Positions 61,351 to 64,000 of a stretch of 64,000 bases of DNA are shown one piece after another (positions within the stretch are counted from its first letter, which is position 1; every line of letters begins with the position of its first letter). A program made the translations under genes and the position numbers. Below the pieces are notes generated by a model. It did not search any database, had not been told where the DNA came from, and was given only the letters and a program-made list of their open reading frames with translations. The stretch covers positions 50,377,380 to 50,441,379 of the forward strand of contig NC_057718.1 in the NCBI RefSeq assembly GCF_004010195.1, written 5' to 3'. This DNA comes from Chiloscyllium plagiosum (taxonomy: Eukaryota).

Positions 61351-61756
61351 CATAAAGATCACAATGACCCCAGAGATGAAATATCTCTCACAACAAATAC
61401 AAAAGCAAAACTTTTGAATGTTTGAAATAAAAAAAAAGTAGTGGATTTACTCAATAGTTCTGCCAGTGACTGAAAAGGCAGAAACCAAGTTAACAACATT
61501 TCAAGTTGATCATATTTTCTCTGATGTTTCACCCAAAACATTAACTCTCTTCTCGCCACAGACAAAATACCTTGTTGATTTTAGTGAAATTCATTCAAAA
61601 CACAAAACTGGAAATTCCATTTTGTATCATTGCTGACTTTTTCATTAAGGTTCTAGGTGGGTTTGGAATTCAACCTGAGGTAAACACTGCTAAAGCAATG
61701 ACAACTATTTCTGACTTCTCAAGTGGTATATAATTAGCTAGGTAGTTTGTTTTTCA

Positions 61757-62088
61757 TTATTCAGTGGCAGGATGAGGACATGACTGGCATTTATTGCCCA
61801 GAGAGTAATTAAGAGTCAACCACATTACTGTGGGTGTGGAGTCACATGTAGACCAGACCAGGCAAGGATGGCAGTTTCCTTCCCTGAAGGACATTAGGGA
61901 ACCAGATGGGTGCTTCTCTAACAATCAACAATGGATTTATAGTTATCATTAGACTATTCATTCCAGACATTTATTGAATTTAAATTCCACAATCTGCTAT
62001 TGAAGGATTTGAACCCTGTTCCCTAGAACATTATCTGGATCTCTGGATTAACAGTCCAGTGATAATACCACTAGTCTATCACCTCCCC
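61757..62088 (-). mobile_element. tRNA-derived SINE (third family)
   Basis: Aligns by eye with 32667-33033; - strand head ggaggtgatagactagtggtattatc…gggttcaaatcc. Confidence 0.7.
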
Positions 62089-62515
62089 CTGCTTCTGCTT
62101 ATTTTCTTGTAGGAGAATGGGCATGAATGATGAATGAGGACAAAATTGTATTCAGTCATGATATTCCTGTCATCAAATTCCTTAGAAACTCTCATTATTT
62201 AGAATGAATAGAGATTATGCTACTTGCATAAATTAGCAGTGGCTTGAGTCCTTAGAATTATACTCCAGAATAAATCATCAAAGTAAAGAGGAATAAGGAA
62301 GAAAATTAGGGATATATGCAAACTTGAAAAAGTACTTTACACTGACCTGGAACTGGTTTTAAGAAGATATGTGGCCTGACACAGGTTGCAGTGTTTCTTT
62401 CATATGGAAATTACATCACCTGAGCATCTCAGTTAGATATGGTGCCTAACGCTGAGATGTCACTGGATTGGGAAATATGGGCTCTGAGTTTTTTTTTGTT
62501 CACCACTTCATAGTA

Positions 62516-62731
62516 CAATCGGTTCTGCTATAACGTATTTCTTCAATGTGAATTAGCCTTAACGTGATTTCAGAATTTAAACTGTTATTTGTAGAATTTG
62601 AACTTTCTTTGCCTGTATTGGCTGTAACGTGATTCTGGCCCATTAATTTAAATGATGTGGCTACTGCTTTATTTTCTTATTATGTGAGATTGCATGAGAA
62701 CAGAACTATCACATTATATCAGAACCAACTG
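62516..62731. mobile_element. Tc1/mariner (pogo/Tigger-like) MITE
   Basis: TIRs caatcggttctgctataacg / cattatatcagaaccaactg (16/20 match) flanked by TA on both sides. Confidence 0.75.
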
Positions 62732-62785
62732 TATATGATTTTGGAAAATCAATATAGTGCGCTACAAAATCACTGCCTCAGCGAG

Positions 62786-63412
62786 TGTTATAGGCCTGAC
62801 CAGCTGCTCAAAATATATTAAGAAGGTAGAATTGACCCTAACTTTTTCTTATTTTAAATGTAAATGTGAAATGCTGTGTTCCAGATGCAATTTGATTTGT
62901 CAAACTACTCAATGTTAAGCAAAACACAATTTATTCAAACACTACAGTTAAAATACAGCACAAGAAAGAGGAACTTGGAATATCTTAACTCTATTGAAAA
63001 ACTTGACAGAATCATAGCTTATTTTACTACTAAACAGTAACTATTCCAATATTGTAACATCCCATAAACACACCCTTGGCAAAAGGCAAAGTCAGAAAAC
63101 AGAGTTGTCTCACATGCAACTACAACAGTTCAGGAGGAAAAACATCTACAGAAAAATCACCCAGAGAGAGATTCACTGCCTTTCAATCCTGCTGAGACCC
63201 CAGCAACAACTGCTGAAAGCTAACTAAAAATTCTGCATCTGTGAGAGCTTGACCACACCCACTCTATTGCTTCTATCGTCCCAAATGTTTTAAAAAGTCC
63301 AAGGCATTGAAAGTTGTTTATCTTCTTATAGACTACTTGGAACCTGTCCTCCAATCTGTCTCTCAAAGAAACCAAGAGAAAACATACCTCTTAAAACCAC
63401 AGCATCATCATA
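62786..63412. repeat. Solo Gypsy-type LTR
   Basis: tgtta…catcatcata termini; flanks cgag/caag fit a 4-bp TSD with one CpG-type change; related to 44733-46281. Confidence 0.65.
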
Positions 63413-63725
63413 CAAGATAATATATGTTTCCTTGTTCTTATTTGCAGCCATCAGAGAAATGTTGCTTCTAGGAATGGAACTATCTTCTCCTTTGCACAAA
63501 TAATGTCTACATGAAACATTCTGTAGGTTAGCTAGTACATTGTAGATTTGGAATCATGTTAATTCATGCCAAAAATGCCAACTCACCACACATCAGAACA
63601 GTATCAATCTAGTTTCTATATTTTTTCTTATATTTACTTCATTCTAATTCTTAGGACATTGTCAATCATGCTGTGATTCTTTTTGCCACATGTATAGGAA
63701 GGAGAGCAGACATTGGATACCAGAC

Positions 63726-63854
63726 CGGTTAAAAACAACGACTGCAGATGCTGGAAACCAGAGTCTAGATTAGAGTGGTGCTGGAAAAGCACAGCATTTC
63801 AGGCAGCATCCATGGAACAGTAAAATCGATGTTTCGGGCAAAAGCCCTTCAGGA
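63726..63854 (-). mobile_element. Solo 129-bp PLE family-A terminal fragment with 3-nt-deleted hammerhead
   Basis: Reverse complement resembles 55-150; 9-bp TSD ataccagac at 63717-63725 and 63855-63863. Confidence 0.85.
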
Positions 63855-63879
63855 ATACCAGACTGTCAAAACTGAAAAC

Positions 63880-64000
63880 ATTCCTGGGGTCGGGGAGTCC
63901 AGAACTAGAGAGCATAGGTTGAGGTTGAGAGGTGAAAGATATAAAAGAGACCTAAGGGGCAACGTTTTTACACAGAGGGTGGTACATGTATGGAATGAGC
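63880..64000 (+). mobile_element. CR1 3' fragment running off the window
   Basis: RGERYKRDLRGNVFTQRVVHVWNE. Confidence 0.85.

Noticed and set aside
61390..61565. Old PLE-like fold-back with a hammerhead trace (tctgatgtttcacccaaaac)
   Set aside because: Core too degenerate to count as a ribozyme motif; the same applies near 30520.

Overview
Repeat-dense vertebrate genomic DNA, almost certainly from a shark or ray, inferred from many HE1/V-SINE-type tRNA SINEs sharing a 3' tail with CR1 (HER1-type) LINEs. I recognise no intact host protein-coding gene, so this is probably an intergenic region or large intron. The ORFs I can assign are pieces of decayed mobile elements: CR1, a second CR1/L2-group LINE, Rex1/Babar, L1-like, several Penelope-like element (PLE) families, Ty3/Gypsy elements (one Gmr1-type with gag-PR-INT-RT order), PIF/Harbinger transposons and a Tc1/mariner-type MITE. 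Three signals stand out. (1) About 12 copies of a minimal type-I hammerhead-ribozyme motif (CUGANGA-N-stem II-GAA-palindromic 4-mer-cleavage base) lie in the terminal repeats of three or four PLE families. (2) Several ORF-less fold-back mini-elements are built only from these ribozyme-bearing repeats, some with their own target-site duplications (TSDs). (3) A two-gene Harbinger transposon (transposase on +, spliced Myb/SANT gene on -) can be reassembled across about 14 kb of nested insertions. Family assignments are by eye from motifs; boundaries of old elements are approximate.
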